DNA of 64,000 nucleotides from Octopus sinensis. Its lineage: Eukaryota. A model generated the notes under the pieces. The model saw nothing but the letters and a program-made list of their open reading frames with translations. It was not told the origin of the DNA and searched no databases. The stretch lies in contig NC_043000.1 of NCBI RefSeq assembly GCF_006345805.1, positions 40,734,001 through 40,798,000 of the forward strand. Reading direction: 5' to 3'. Positions 1 through 12,783 of the stretch are shown in pieces. Both the position numbers and the translations under genes were made by a program. The first letter of the stretch is position 1. Each line of letters opens with the position of its first letter.

Positions 1-370
1 TTTTTTTGTTTTCATTTAACTCGTTCTCTTTTGTCTTTATCATTTTTTATATTTTTCCAATTTTTATATATTCTCTTTACTGCATTCGGACTCGCGACGG
101 TAGTGTCTTATATATTATCCTTTCTACAAGGCCAGAAATTTTAGAGGAAGGGTTTCTGGTGAATTACATCAATCCTAGTATCCAACCGGTACTTATTTTA
201 TCAACTCCGAAAGGATGAAAGGTAAAGTCGACCTCGGCAGAACTGAAGCTCAGAAACTAAATTCAGAAGAAATGCCGCTAAGCATTTTGTCTGGTACGGT
301 GTCAACTCTGCCGGCCCGACGCTTTTGACCAACTTATAATAAGCCACTATTAACAATATATGATATTAGG

Positions 371-409
<39 letters not shown>

Positions 410-1238
410 GGGTCTTATATTCGTTGTTTTATAAGAATCACTTTTATATATTTGCGCATGTATATCTAAACATATATAACGTTTTGTCAACTTTCAGTTG
501 AAGTGAAATGTCCAGCTGATGTGACTGAAATCATTACGCAAACCAAACGCCACTGTGAAAAGTCAAGTCAGATAAGCGCCGTGCAGTGTGCTACCAAAAT
601 GGTACTCGAAGAAATTGAGAAGAATATTGAAATCGGCAAAATCTCCGGCTTCTAACATGCATCAACATATATAACGTGTTATACACACACACATACACAC
701 ATATGTATGTATGTATGACTATATATATTCTCAGCAAAATCACCAGCTACAAATAAAGCACTAGAATAATTTTGCTAGCAGTCTTTTATTGTCTTTTATT
801 AGCTATTAAACGGTGCGTGTACATGTGTGTGTATGTGTGCGAGTGTGTGCACGTGTATGTGTACGTGTGTTTGTGTGTGCCCTTCGTGTAAGTACATGTG
901 TGTGTATTTGTTTACATCTGTTGGTGGATTGACTCACATCAGTGTTTCTTCACTCTTTCGAAATCCTTAAGAGCAGTAATACGCTATGATGTCTGTTTTA
1001 ATCATGTATAACATATGACAAGTATATTTACATTATACTTCAATGACAGTTACACGAGGTGGGAAATATAGGTAAATATCATACTCATTTAGCGCATTAA
1101 TATTTTAACCCGTGCAACCAATTAGTTTATCCATCTGTTGTTCAGCCTAACCTCTTAGTTTCTGGGTTTATCAATCTCTCTATATGTCTATGTGTCTCTG
1201 TTTGTATATATGTGTGTATGTCTTGTCTATCTATTTAT

Positions 1239-1321
<83 letters not shown>

Positions 1322-1859
1322 GGTAGGTAGGTAGCTAGGTAGCTAGCTAGCTAGTCTCTCTTCCTGTCTCTACCTTTTTGTCTGTATGACTGTCTGTCCG
1401 CACAAACCCAATAAATGTGTAATTCGTATGGCTATGTCGTGAAAGCATGCAGTAAGAATATGAGTACTTCGCCATTTCCAGTGGTAATGAACCGGGACAT
1501 AAAAGAACCTCGATTCTATTGTCTGTGACGCAAGAAATCTTCTAAGGAAATAAGAATATAAAGAAGATAGCACTACATACAACATAAACCTGACATCCAA
1601 CGACAGTATAATCAAAGAAAAAAGGTAACGAAGGAGCAGTGTAAGAAGGAAGTTATTAATGCAATCTTTTATCTTTCCAACTCACAAAAGTAGCTGACTT
1701 CGAGTCTTGATGACTGTGTTCGTTAAAAAAGGGGGTATTGCAAATCAATTTTAGCAACAGCAACTAAATACTCAAAAGAAATTAAACTAGAATTTCATCA
1801 GATAAAATCTAACCTACATTAAGAGTAGAAACATACATACTATTGACACCCAAATCAGT

Positions 1860-2189
1860 AAGATGTTATTAAATCATTTATATCTTCATATCATCGACAC
1901 ATGTTTCGATAGATGCATTCAAAATACATCCGACAGGATGAGTAATGTTGAGCAATGCATCAATCTTATCGGTGGGCGGGGGGCTCTACGCAACAGTGCT
2001 CATCAAATAAACATTTTAACAGATATAAGAAACCATGTTAAAATGTCTATTTGATTAGCACTGTTGTTTATATCCTCCCTGATAAGATTGATGCATTGCT
2101 CAACATTATTCATCCTGTCGGATGTATTTTGAATGCATCCATCGAAACATGTCGATGATATGAAGATATAAATGATTTAATAACATCTT
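1860..2189. mobile_element. Foldback/MITE-like element with ~110 bp inverted arms (1860-1970, 2081-2189)
   Basis: Arms differ by 2 substitutions and one 2-nt indel; 110-bp spacer; no clear TSD. Confidence 0.7.
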
Positions 2190-2358
2190 GAGCATTTGTC
2201 TCCATTTTCAATTTTTCCTATGTTCTCCTAACTACGTCTCGCTTCTTCCTGGAATGAACTCCCACACAAGTGTGATCATTGATTCCTGAGACACTTAAGC
2301 GACATTTGGCTACCTTGTAATTATTCCCCTGGATCTTTCCTATATATATATATATATA

Positions 2359-4489
2359 AAGGCAGACCCCATGTTTACGAATTAATTCGTTCCTGACTGG
2401 ATTCTTAAAGTGAAAAATTTGTGTAATGGATTATCATTGTCTATAGAAAAAAATGAATATACCTTTAATTGGTTCCTACAAAAGAAGTTGATTCTTAAAC
2501 TTTCTAAAATTGAAAAAAGGTTAATATAAAAATAGCAATATTCAAGAATATAAGTTTTTATTAAATCACAAACTAGCTTCATTTGTTGAGTTTCTTCTTG
2601 TTTTGATGTTTGGTCCGCACTATAGATCTACGTTAAAAAATTATCTAAAGTTTTTTGTTGAAAAGATTTCTTCATTTCACGGAAGATTTCACGGTAAATT
2701 TGCAGCAACAGCTGAGCTTCTTTCAAAATCGACATTTTGCTGCTCAAAGATTTCAATTGCTTTTTCGATCTCAAGAAATGCTTCATTTAGCGTTTTTGCA
2801 AAGAATCATCTTTCAGGTGATTCTTCATTTTCTTCTTCGTCTTCACGTTCAAACTTTTCTATTTCTAACAATTCTTCATTTGTGATTTCATCAGTCAGCA
2901 TAAAAAGTTTCTTTAATATCTTCAGGTGAAATTTCGAAGTTCAATTCCTTTACAATGTTTATGATCGTGTCAGTTATTTTATTATTATTATCATTTTTTT
3001 TTTTTTTGAAGACCTTCATAAAGATTATCAAATCCTTCAAAGTTATCAATTAATTTGGGGCAGAGATTTTTCCAAATCCCTTTCATGTTCTTTACAGCGA
3101 TTTTATCTCATGATTTCTTTATCAATTTTATTGCATCAAGGATGTTGAAAAACTTCCAAAATTCTTGAATCGTAGGACCATTTCCTTTATCAGTCACTTC
3201 GATGAGTCGTTCAAAGGTAAACCGGAGATAGTAAAATTTAAACGATGAAATGGCTGCAATAAAGATGATGTATTGGGAAGTAAAAAGACGACATTAATAT
3301 TTTGATGGCGATGCTTTAAAAATGCAGCATGACTAGGGGCATTATCCATTATCAAAAGAATCTTGAAAGGGATTTTTTTATCCATACGGGAACAAAGTGA
3401 TTAGAAAACCGATCTTCAAATAGAGTTCCTGTTTCTCAAGCATTTTTTGTTATGCTTCCAGATTACAGGAGGCTTGGTGTTATCAATTCCTTTTAAATCG
3501 CGGTGGTTTTCAGATCGATAAATAAGCTTGGACTTGAGTTTGCAGTCCCCTTCACAATTTCCTCCCAGAAGCAGTTATCCTCTCTTTTGCAGCTTTGAAT
3601 CTTGACATTGAAGATTCTTCTCTCACAAAAGTCTTTGAAGACATTCGTTTCGAAAATAGGCACATTAAATGTCTGAGACGTTATAAAGCCTTCTTCTTCA
3701 ATCAAATTTTCTAATTGGTGAGAAAAATTTTCTGTAGCCTTTTGATCTGCGCTAAATGAGTCTCCTTGGATCTTCAAGTTGTGTAGATTTGCTCGTATTT
3801 TGAAACGATCGAACAAACCATTGCCCGCTACAAATGTTTCATTTTATCCATTTCATTTATCCTTAAGCGAGTTAAAAAGGGGAATTGTTTTACTGCAATT
3901 TTTAGCCTGACTAAGTGGCATATAAAGTCTATGAATTTAATCGTTAATCCAAGTTGTCGAAAGTTTTTCTGTGCGTGAAATTAAACTGTCGTTATATTTT
4001 CTCCATAACCAAGCTGAATTTAGAGAGTGATTTCCTTTAACTTTATTTAAATAATCTTCCTTTTGCTTGAAGATGGTACAGACAGATGAAGGAGCCGTAT
4101 CATTTTTTTTTTTTTCATAAATTTTTAACAGTTGCACATTTTTCGTGTCGCTTAATCAATTCATATTTTATTTCTAAATTAATTACCTTACATTTCTTCT
4201 TATCCTTGCTTTGCATCTTAGAATTCTTTCTTTTTAAAGCCATTACAAGAGTATTAAAAAAATAAAGAGGCATGAAAAAAAATTTCAAAAAGATGAATGG
4301 AATGAAGGACGATAAAATGCGGGCTAGCGTGAAGGTAGTCGGGCAGGCACTGACACACTTGAGGTAACAGATGCTGCCAGACCGGAAGTGATGGTCGTTG
4401 CCATGTCAACGATATTTTTCGTTTTTCATCTACAATTCGTAAAGATGAGGTTTCGTAAATCGAGAATACGTAAAACGAAGCATGCCTAT
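2359..4489 (-). mobile_element. Decayed Tigger/pogo-family DNA transposon
   Basis: Minus-strand fragments: CENP-B-like HTH (SSVCTIFKQKE...EKLSTTWIND, 3937-4137), DDE_1 motif ILLIMDNAPSH...FLLPNTSSLLQP (3194-3385), acidic C-terminus (2650-2900). Degenerate TIRs AGGCAGACCCCATGTTTACG and AGGCATGCTTCGTTTTACG, each next to (TA)n. Many stops and frameshifts. Confidence 0.85.
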
Positions 4490-4498
4490 ATATATTTA

Positions 4499-4534
<36 letters not shown>

Positions 4535-5609
4535 CAGACCAACACACACGCACACACACACACACATACGCCCATACGCCCACACACATGAACGCACATA
4601 TGCCACCACACACACAACCCTCCACACATACAACATACGCACACACGCATATACACGCATGTACATACATTTCGACACACACACGTTACAATACATACAC
4701 ACGCTACCACACACATGCACACACACCGCTACCACTTACACATACACATATACCGACCATCTTCATACTCTCCTGTCCCATAAAGCACTTTCTCTTCCTC
4801 CTCCTACTTCCGGTCACTTCAGAAATGTAACCGCACGTGGACTGTTGGTGATTTTTCCTCCTTCTTCCTTCTTTCCCTTTGAACTTTCCTATTTTTTCTG
4901 TTTCTGGCGAAGGGCTTTGTTCGAAACGTAAAGCAAGAATACTCTTCTTTCTCCGAGCGTCATTTTAATACATTTCTTGTACTCCGTCCCCACATAGCTT
5001 CTTTCAGTTTCTGTCTACCAAATCTACTAACGAGAAATTGGTTAGCCCGAAGCTTTAGTAGAAAACACTTGCCCAAGGTGCCACGCAGTAGGAGTGAACC
5101 TGGAACCATGTGGTTGGGAAGCAAGCTTCTTACCACACAGCCACGCCTGTGCCCAGTGAGACGAATACTTCTCAGTTAAAAACTGGGGAAAATGTCTTAA
5201 ACATCATTAGCATGGATGGTAATTAGGATTATTACAATTATTCCGTATATTTATTGAATAGCAGTCAAAGATTCAATATTTTTACGTACGTTTAGACATC
5301 GCTAACTAATAATCAATGAGTCAACCATCTTTCCTTACAGTTTAATTTTGTCTTGTTCAAATTATCAAGAAAAATGTCAGACATTCTCGTCTCAGTTTGT
5401 CTACTTCACAGTTCAAGAATGCGACACAACGGTTGTTTATCGAAATGGAAGAGAACAATCACCCCACCAACACCACCAACACCAACGATAGTAAACTAGT
5501 GATGATTAGCAGTTATTTATTTGGTCCTATGCACAGCATTAGTGATCTTCCCCGCACAAATGGAAACTAATTCATCAGAACATTATCACAAAATAATAAA
5601 AATAAAAAT

Positions 5610-5622
5610 AATATTAATAATG

Positions 5623-5674
<52 letters not shown>

Positions 5675-5679
5675 TGATG

Positions 5680-5731
<52 letters not shown>

Positions 5732-5745
5732 TGATGATGATGATG

Positions 5746-5779
<34 letters not shown>

Positions 5780-5928
5780 TAATAATGATAATAATGGTAA
5801 TAATAAATAATGATGATGATGATAATGATGATGATAATAATAATAATAATAATAATGATGATGATGATGATGATGATAATAATAATAATAATAATAATAA
5901 TAATATAATGATAATAATGGTAATAATA

Positions 5929-5966
<38 letters not shown>

Positions 5967-6041
5967 TGATGATGATGATGATAATAATAATGATAATAAT
6001 GATAATAATGGTAATAATAAATAATGATGATGATAATGATG

Positions 6042-6087
<46 letters not shown>

Positions 6088-6141
6088 TAATAATGATAAT
6101 AATGGTAATAATAAATAATGATGACGATGATAATGATGATG

Positions 6142-6175
<34 letters not shown>

Positions 6176-6189
6176 TGATGATGATGATG

Positions 6190-6223
<34 letters not shown>

Positions 6224-6249
6224 TAATAATGATAATAATGGTAATAATA

Positions 6250-6281
<32 letters not shown>

Positions 6282-6362
6282 TGATGATGATGATGATAAT
6301 AATAATAATGATAATAATGATAATAATGGTAATAATAAATAATGATGATGATAATGATGATG

Positions 6363-6426
<64 letters not shown>

Positions 6427-6470
6427 TAATAATGATAATAATGGTAATAATAATAAATAATAATAATAAC

Positions 6471-6529
<59 letters not shown>

Positions 6530-6618
6530 GATGGGCTACAGCAAATATTCTGCTCAATACCACAGATTTGCTTGTCAGTTTTGGACATGCTTGTCAATAA
6601 TAATAATTTTTGCTTGTC

Positions 6619-6665
<47 letters not shown>

Positions 6666-6680
6666 TAATAATGATAATAA
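5610..6680 (+). repeat. Compound (AAT)n/(GAT)n microsatellite with higher-order structure
   Basis: Direct reading; variant motif GGTAATAATAAATAAT recurs about every 90-140 bp. Confidence 0.95.
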
Positions 6681-7012
6681 TTATCATTATCACCATCACA
6701 GTAGTGTCTGTCTGTCTCGTTGCCTGGCTTGGTGGTTGGCTGGCTGACTGTCTTCAACACCAGAGTTCTTGCCTGTCAAATAATACTTTCTTTGTGTTGG
6801 TTGAACTCTTTGAGTGTGTGTGTGTGTGTAGATAGATAGATACACACACACACACACACTCAAAGAGTTCAACCAACACAAAGAAAGTATTATTTGACAG
6901 GCAAGAACTCTGGTGTTGAAGACAGTCAGCCAGCCAACCACCAAGCCAGCCAACCACCAAGCCAGCCAGCCACCGAGACAGACAGACACTACTGTGATGG
7001 TGATAATGATAA
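6681..7012. repeat. Long near-perfect palindrome (arms 6681-6830 and 6841-7012, 10-nt loop)
   Basis: The right arm is the reverse complement of the left, differing essentially only in short tandem-unit copy number. Confidence 0.92.
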
Positions 7013-7216
7013 AAAAAAATAAAAAATAAAAAATAATAATAATAAGATACTGCTGTGACTACACATAAAATAATATCATTGATGATGATGGTGGTAATGG
7101 TGATGGTGATGATGATGATGATGGTGGTAATAGTGATGGTGATGATGATAATGATGATGGTAATGGTGGTGATAATGATGATAGTGATGGTAATGGTGAT
7201 GATAATAACAATAATA

Positions 7217-10200
7217 AGCCGACTACGGCTGCTATAATAGTACGATTATAATTGTAACGGCAATGATGGCCGTCTCCCCACGAGCCAATCAAAGCTAAAA
7301 AATGATAACGTTATCGTAGCACCAAAATGTTTTTGGAAACTAAAAGGAAAACTAAATCAGTATACCAAATCGCTTGTCCTATGGTTAATCTGGAAGCGCG
7401 TCCCCCAGGGAAGAGCCAGCCTGGGATCGAAAAGTCATCAACTGGCACAAACTCTTCTCCGAATACGGACATGGATGGTCACTTGAACGGGAAATCCCCC
7501 AACTCGAACCCTCCAAGTTCACAACCACAACCACCACAGAAAGAAAAATGTAAGCGGAACAAATGGACCCGAGAAGAGTATAAAGAAGTAATATACGCTT
7601 ATTACTATGCATTAGGTAGGCCATCTCAAGAGAGACACACCGCAAACTCTTACAGTATATGGAGAACACGGAACCAAGACAGTAGGCCCTATTTGGACGA
7701 GAACAAATTAGCAAATGTGAGGAGGGATATCCTTAGAAATAACAGACTCACAGACAGTGAAATAAGCGCGATCAAGCACGCAACGGAAAATGACATAAAT
7801 ATAAGACACAAAGGAAATGAAGAATCAGATGAACAGTATAGCCCGCCACGAGGCTTAATTGAAAGACTGCCATCTGACCAAAGTACGCAAAGGCCTGAAG
7901 ATACAAAAAATTCTATTGTACCTGTTAAAGATAGTCAGGAAAACGAAAAAACAACAGTAACTGAAGATCTCGCATTTGCTGAAGAACACAGAGAGTCTAT
8001 GGCAGAAATGAGGCAGAAAATCCTGAATACGCTTGAAGTTGTAAAACATACAAGTATGGATGATAGAGAACCACTTCATAAACTCTCAAATACAAACCAA
8101 AATAAAAAACAAATCCAAATTGGCAACTATGTAACAAATGAAATAATACGAGAATTAAAACCTGATTTTACTGAGTTAAATGAAATTATTTACGCTTCTG
8201 CTAGGGCAATTGAAACCAGCTGTATGCCCCCGAAAAAACAAAGAAAACAAAACCTGGGAAGAAATCAAACCTGGAGAAGTAAAATTGAAAAAGAGATTGA
8301 ATTTATGAGAGGGGAAATATCAATATTAAATGAACTAATATGTGGAAATGATGTAAGATCCAGAACAGGAAGAAAGATGAAGAGAAAATTTGGATCCTCA
8401 CCAAGAGAAGAACTGATATCCATAAAAGAAACGCTGAAACAAAAAGTCCAAGCAAAAGCCCAAAGAATACGAAGATTTGAGAAGAGAAACAAGTTTTACA
8501 AGCAAAATAAGCTGTTCACATCCAATGCCAAAAAATTCTACAGAGAAATAGGGAAGGAGAAAGTAACCGTTAAAGACCCCCTCTCATGGAAGAAGTTCAA
8601 AACTTTTGGAAAAGGATTTGGAGTGACAAGAAGACGTACAACATAAATGCAGACTGGATTATACAAACTGAAGGATCCTACCAAAATTTACAACAACAAG
8701 CATGGGAAGACATCACAATAGCAGACCTAAGAAAGGCACTCACGAAGGCCCATAATTGGAAATCCCCCGGTAAAGATAGGGTGCCGAATTTCTGGCTCGC
8801 ATCGCTCCCATGTGCACACGGTAAGCTAGTTCAGCTGCTCAATGGAATTATGAGAGACCCAAAGAAAACACCTGAATGGTTAGCAAGTGGCATTACTTAC
8901 CTACTCCCAAAGAATAACGAAACCAACCTTCCAAAAAACTATCGGCCTATAACCTGTCTATCCACCATGTATAAAATCCTAACATCTATCCTGGCGGAGA
9001 AAACATATGCATTCATGGAGAAGAACGATATTTTCCCCATTGAACAAAAAGGGTGCCGCCGAGGCTCTTACGGATGCAAAGATCAACTGCTAATCAATCG
9101 TATGATCCTTGAGAACTGTCACAACAAGCGCAGAAATCTCAGCACCGCATGGATTGACTACAAAAAGGCCTTCGACAGTATACCGCATCCATGGATCTTG
9201 AGATCGCTGGACATCTTCAAAATTTCCCCTGTGATTTCAAACTTCCTGAAGCACAATATGTCGTTGTGGAATACGAATCTCCAATTATACCACTCTAATG
9301 GAGTACTTGCCTCAGAAAATATAAACATCAACTGTGGAATTTTTCAAGGTGACTCACTTTCACCTTTAATATTCTGCATAGCCCTAATACTCCTTACAAG
9401 TGAATTAAACAGAACAGGGTATGGGTATAAAATTGCCAATAAAAAAATAAGCCACCTATTTTATATGGATGACTTAAAACTTTATGGTAAAGACAATAAT
9501 GAACTTGAAGGCCTATTGCGCACCGTGAAAGCATTCAGCGATGACATCGGGATGGAGTTTGGACTTGAGAAGTGTGCCAAGGCCACTTTCCAGAAAGGGA
9601 AAGTGAAGACCACAAATTCAGTCGTGTTAGATGTTGACACAGTCATAAGAGAGCTTGAGCAAGAACAAACATACAAATATTTAGGGATAAATGAAGGCTC
9701 TGGTATTCAGCATGCAAGCATGAAAGAGAAAATCAGGAAGGAATGTTATAGGAGAGTTCGTGCAGTCCTGAAATCTGAACTAAATGCACGTAACAAGGTG
9801 TTAGCTATAAATTCCTTAGCAGTTCCATTTGTTACTTATAGCTACAATGTGTTGAACTGGAATATGAGTGAAGTAAAGAATATAGATAGAAAAATACGCA
9901 AGCTGCTGAGTTGTAATAGGATGCACCACCCAAAGGCAGACGTAGATCGCCTTTACCTTCCCAGAGCCCAAGGAGGTCGAGGCCTGATCCAATTTGAACT
10001 AGCTTACAAAACAACCACAATTGTACTGGCCAAATATCTCGAAATATCGAATGACTGGATGCTAAAGCTCGTGGAAAATCACGAGAGACGAAAGAAGCTT
10101 CATTCTATCATAAAGGAAAGCAAAAAATTTGCTATTGACCTCGTGCAGGATACCCAAACTGAACTACCCGAGGGAAGTACGGCAACTATTGTTGCAAAGA

Positions 10201-11185
10201 AGGTGAAAATGATGGCAATGAAAAAAGCGCACGAGCAATTGGCTGATAGGTGGGAGGAGAAACCTCTGCACGGTAAATATGTGACCCGCAGCAAACAAGC
10301 TGATGTTGACCAGAAGCAAACCCATCAGTGGCTACGGAGCTCAGGGCTAAAATCAGAGAGCGAAGGTTTCATCCTGGCTGCTCAAGATCAAAGCCTATTA
10401 ACCCGGAACTACCAGGCCAATGTGATGAAAAATGGAGCAGACCCAAAATGCCGATTCTGCAACGACATGATTGAAACAGTGGACCACCTAATCTCTGGAT
10501 GTAAAGTCTTAGCACCAGTGGAGTATAAATTAAGACATGACAGAGTTGGCCAATATCTCCACTGGCTAATAAGTCGGCATTACAATATCAAAACTGCCGA
10601 CAAGTGGTATAATCACCACCCTGAGGCTGTAACTGAAGGAGAAAATGTAACCATTCTGTGGGACTTTCCAGTACATACAGACCGAACCATCAAGGCCAAT
10701 AAAGCAGATATTGTTGTGAAAGACCAAAACAATAAAGTTTGCTTATTGATCGACATGAGCATCCCCTGTGATCATAATATCTCAGCGAAAGAGTTTGACA
10801 AGCTCAGAAAATATAAAGACCTACTCATTGAAATTGAGAAAATGTGGCATCTCAAGGCGGTTACAATACCAGTGATCGTAGGAGCACTAGGAATGATCAA
10901 GAAGGGAACCGAAAATTATATGAGAATGATCCCTGGCTTACCATCCCTGCAAGAAGAGCAAAAGATTGTCTTAACTGGTACATCACACGTATTGAGAAGA
11001 GCATTGTCGATGTGAGAACTGTTGCTGCTCATGTATTTTAATTTAATAAAAAAAAAAAAAAAATGAACGATCTACTGAGTTTGGTTTAATGGCCTACCAT
11101 TGTATACTATGAGTTTCTTTGCCCTAGGAGTCGGGAAGACACTCGGCAAGAAATGGAAGCAAATTTGAAAGAAGAAAAAAAAAAT
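7217..11185 (+). mobile_element. Near full-length R4/Dong-clade non-LTR retrotransposon (RT + CCHC + restriction-like endonuclease)
   Basis: N-terminal KWTREE..YAYY domain, RT motifs GIFQGDSLSP and YMDD (9462-9473), CRFC..ETVDHLISGC knuckle, KADIVVKD/IDMSIP/KLRKY RLE motifs. The 3' UTR runs into A-rich then (TAA)n sequence. Boundaries approximate. Confidence 0.93.
7327..11015 (+). pseudogene. LINE single ORF (~1229 aa) split by one -1 frameshift in a C5 run at 8577-8581
   Basis: ORFs 7327-8646 and 8586-11015 overlap. Adding one C gives GAC CCC CCT CTC ATG (D-P-P-L-M) and fuses them with no other stop. Confidence 0.85.
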
Positions 11186-11237
11186 AATAATAATAAAAAT
11201 AATAATCATAATAATGATGATGATAATGATGATGATG

Positions 11238-11283
<46 letters not shown>

Positions 11284-11336
11284 TGATGATAATAATAATA
11301 ATAATAATAATAATATTGATGATGTGGATGATGATG

Positions 11337-11379
<43 letters not shown>

Positions 11380-11421
11380 TAATAATGATAATAATGATAA
11401 TAATAATAATAAATAATAATA

Positions 11422-11469
<48 letters not shown>

Positions 11470-11523
11470 TGATGTGATGATGGTGATGATGATGATAATA
11501 ATAATAATAATAATATAATAATG

Positions 11524-11593
<70 letters not shown>

Positions 11594-11640
11594 TGATGTT
11601 GATGATGGTGATGATGATGATAATAATAATAATAATAATA

Positions 11641-11681
<41 letters not shown>
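11186..11681 (+). repeat. (AAT)n/(GAT)n microsatellite at the LINE 3' end
   Basis: Direct reading. Confidence 0.95.
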
Positions 11682-11684
<3 letters not shown>

Positions 11685-12214
11685 GCCCTGATGCAGTACC
11701 AGGCAATGGCTCTCATGGCTTCTGATCTAAACTGATTGGAAGTGTTATCATGTACATTGTTTTGTCTTGATAAAAATGATGGGCTACACCAATATTCAGC
11801 TCAGTACCATAAATTTGCTTGTCAGTTGCTTGACCATAACCAGTTGATATGTGCGTCTCTGATCACGAGCAGAATTAGTGGGGGAGCATAATAGCCATGT
11901 GTTGAGAGGATTTCTTTGGGTTTGGATAATTCACCTTTGGAAACATGGGTGTTTTGTTCATTATCCTTCAACAACCCTTATTCAGGGACCTTTTTGAGCG
12001 GAATGGGCTACTCGACCTGAAGAAAATTCTAACTGGGCTCCACCTGCTAGGTCATGTACCGTTTATCTTGATATGAGATCACCATGTCGCGCACATATGG
12101 ATGTGATGCATGTGCCTGGTGTACCCTTATCAGACGGGTAGTCATGATGGGTATACTGGGCTTTGTATATTTTACCCCAGTGTCACTTTGATAGCATGCA
12201 CTGCTCTGCCACTC
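11682..12214. mobile_element. ~530 bp non-coding interspersed repeat embedded in (AAT)n; a fragment of the same family is at 6529-6592
   Basis: GATGGGCTACA..AATATTC..CTCA.TACCA.A.ATTTGCTTGTCAGTT is shared by 6530-6580 and 11778-11828; both sit in AAT arrays; no ORF or TIR seen. Confidence 0.65.
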
Positions 12215-12229
12215 AATAACAACAACAAC

Positions 12230-12266
<37 letters not shown>

Positions 12267-12288
12267 GCAACAGCAACAATAACAACAA

Positions 12289-12512
12289 CCAATAATTGTC
12301 GGAGCCCTGGAAACAGTGAGTAAAAATCTTGAGAAGTACATGGAACAGATAGGGACTTCAATAAGGGTTGAGCACTTGCAGAAAACAGCACTGCTTCGAA
12401 CCGCTCGAATACTCCGGATGGTGCTCGAAAAATAAGAGGTGTTACTTTCGTTCTCTGGTAGTGAACAGCTGGCACTGCAGTACATCTCCAGCGTTATAAG
12501 ATGTACAAAGAC
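12289..12512 (+). mobile_element. 5'-truncated 3' end of a second RLE (R4-like) LINE family
   Basis: Translates PIIVGALETVSKNLEKYMEQIGTSIRVEHLQKTALLRTARILRMVLEK*, the typical RLE LINE C-terminus; short 3' UTR then (AAT)n. Confidence 0.85.
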
Positions 12513-12516
12513 AATA

Positions 12517-12573
<57 letters not shown>

Positions 12574-12615
12574 TAATAATAAGAAGAAGAGAAGAAGAAG
12601 AAGAAGAAGAAGAAG

Positions 12616-12648
<33 letters not shown>

Positions 12649-12783
12649 AACAATAACAATAACAATAAGAAGAAGAACAAGAAGAAGAAGAAGAAGAAGA
12701 AGAACAACAACAACAACGACAACAACAACAACAACAACAACAACAATAATAATAATAATAATATTAATAATAATAATAATAAT
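12513..12783 (+). repeat. Compound (AAT)/(AAG)/(AAC) microsatellite
   Basis: Direct reading. Confidence 0.95.

Noticed and set aside
2603-2929. 108-aa plus-strand ORF
   Set aside because: Antisense shadow of the Tigger transposase C-terminus.
5521-6699. Long ORFs (up to 361 aa) of poly-I/N/Y/L
   Set aside because: Translations of (AAT)/(GAT) microsatellites with no protein signal; the same applies to 11072-11716, 12213-12827 and the CA/TA-repeat ORFs.
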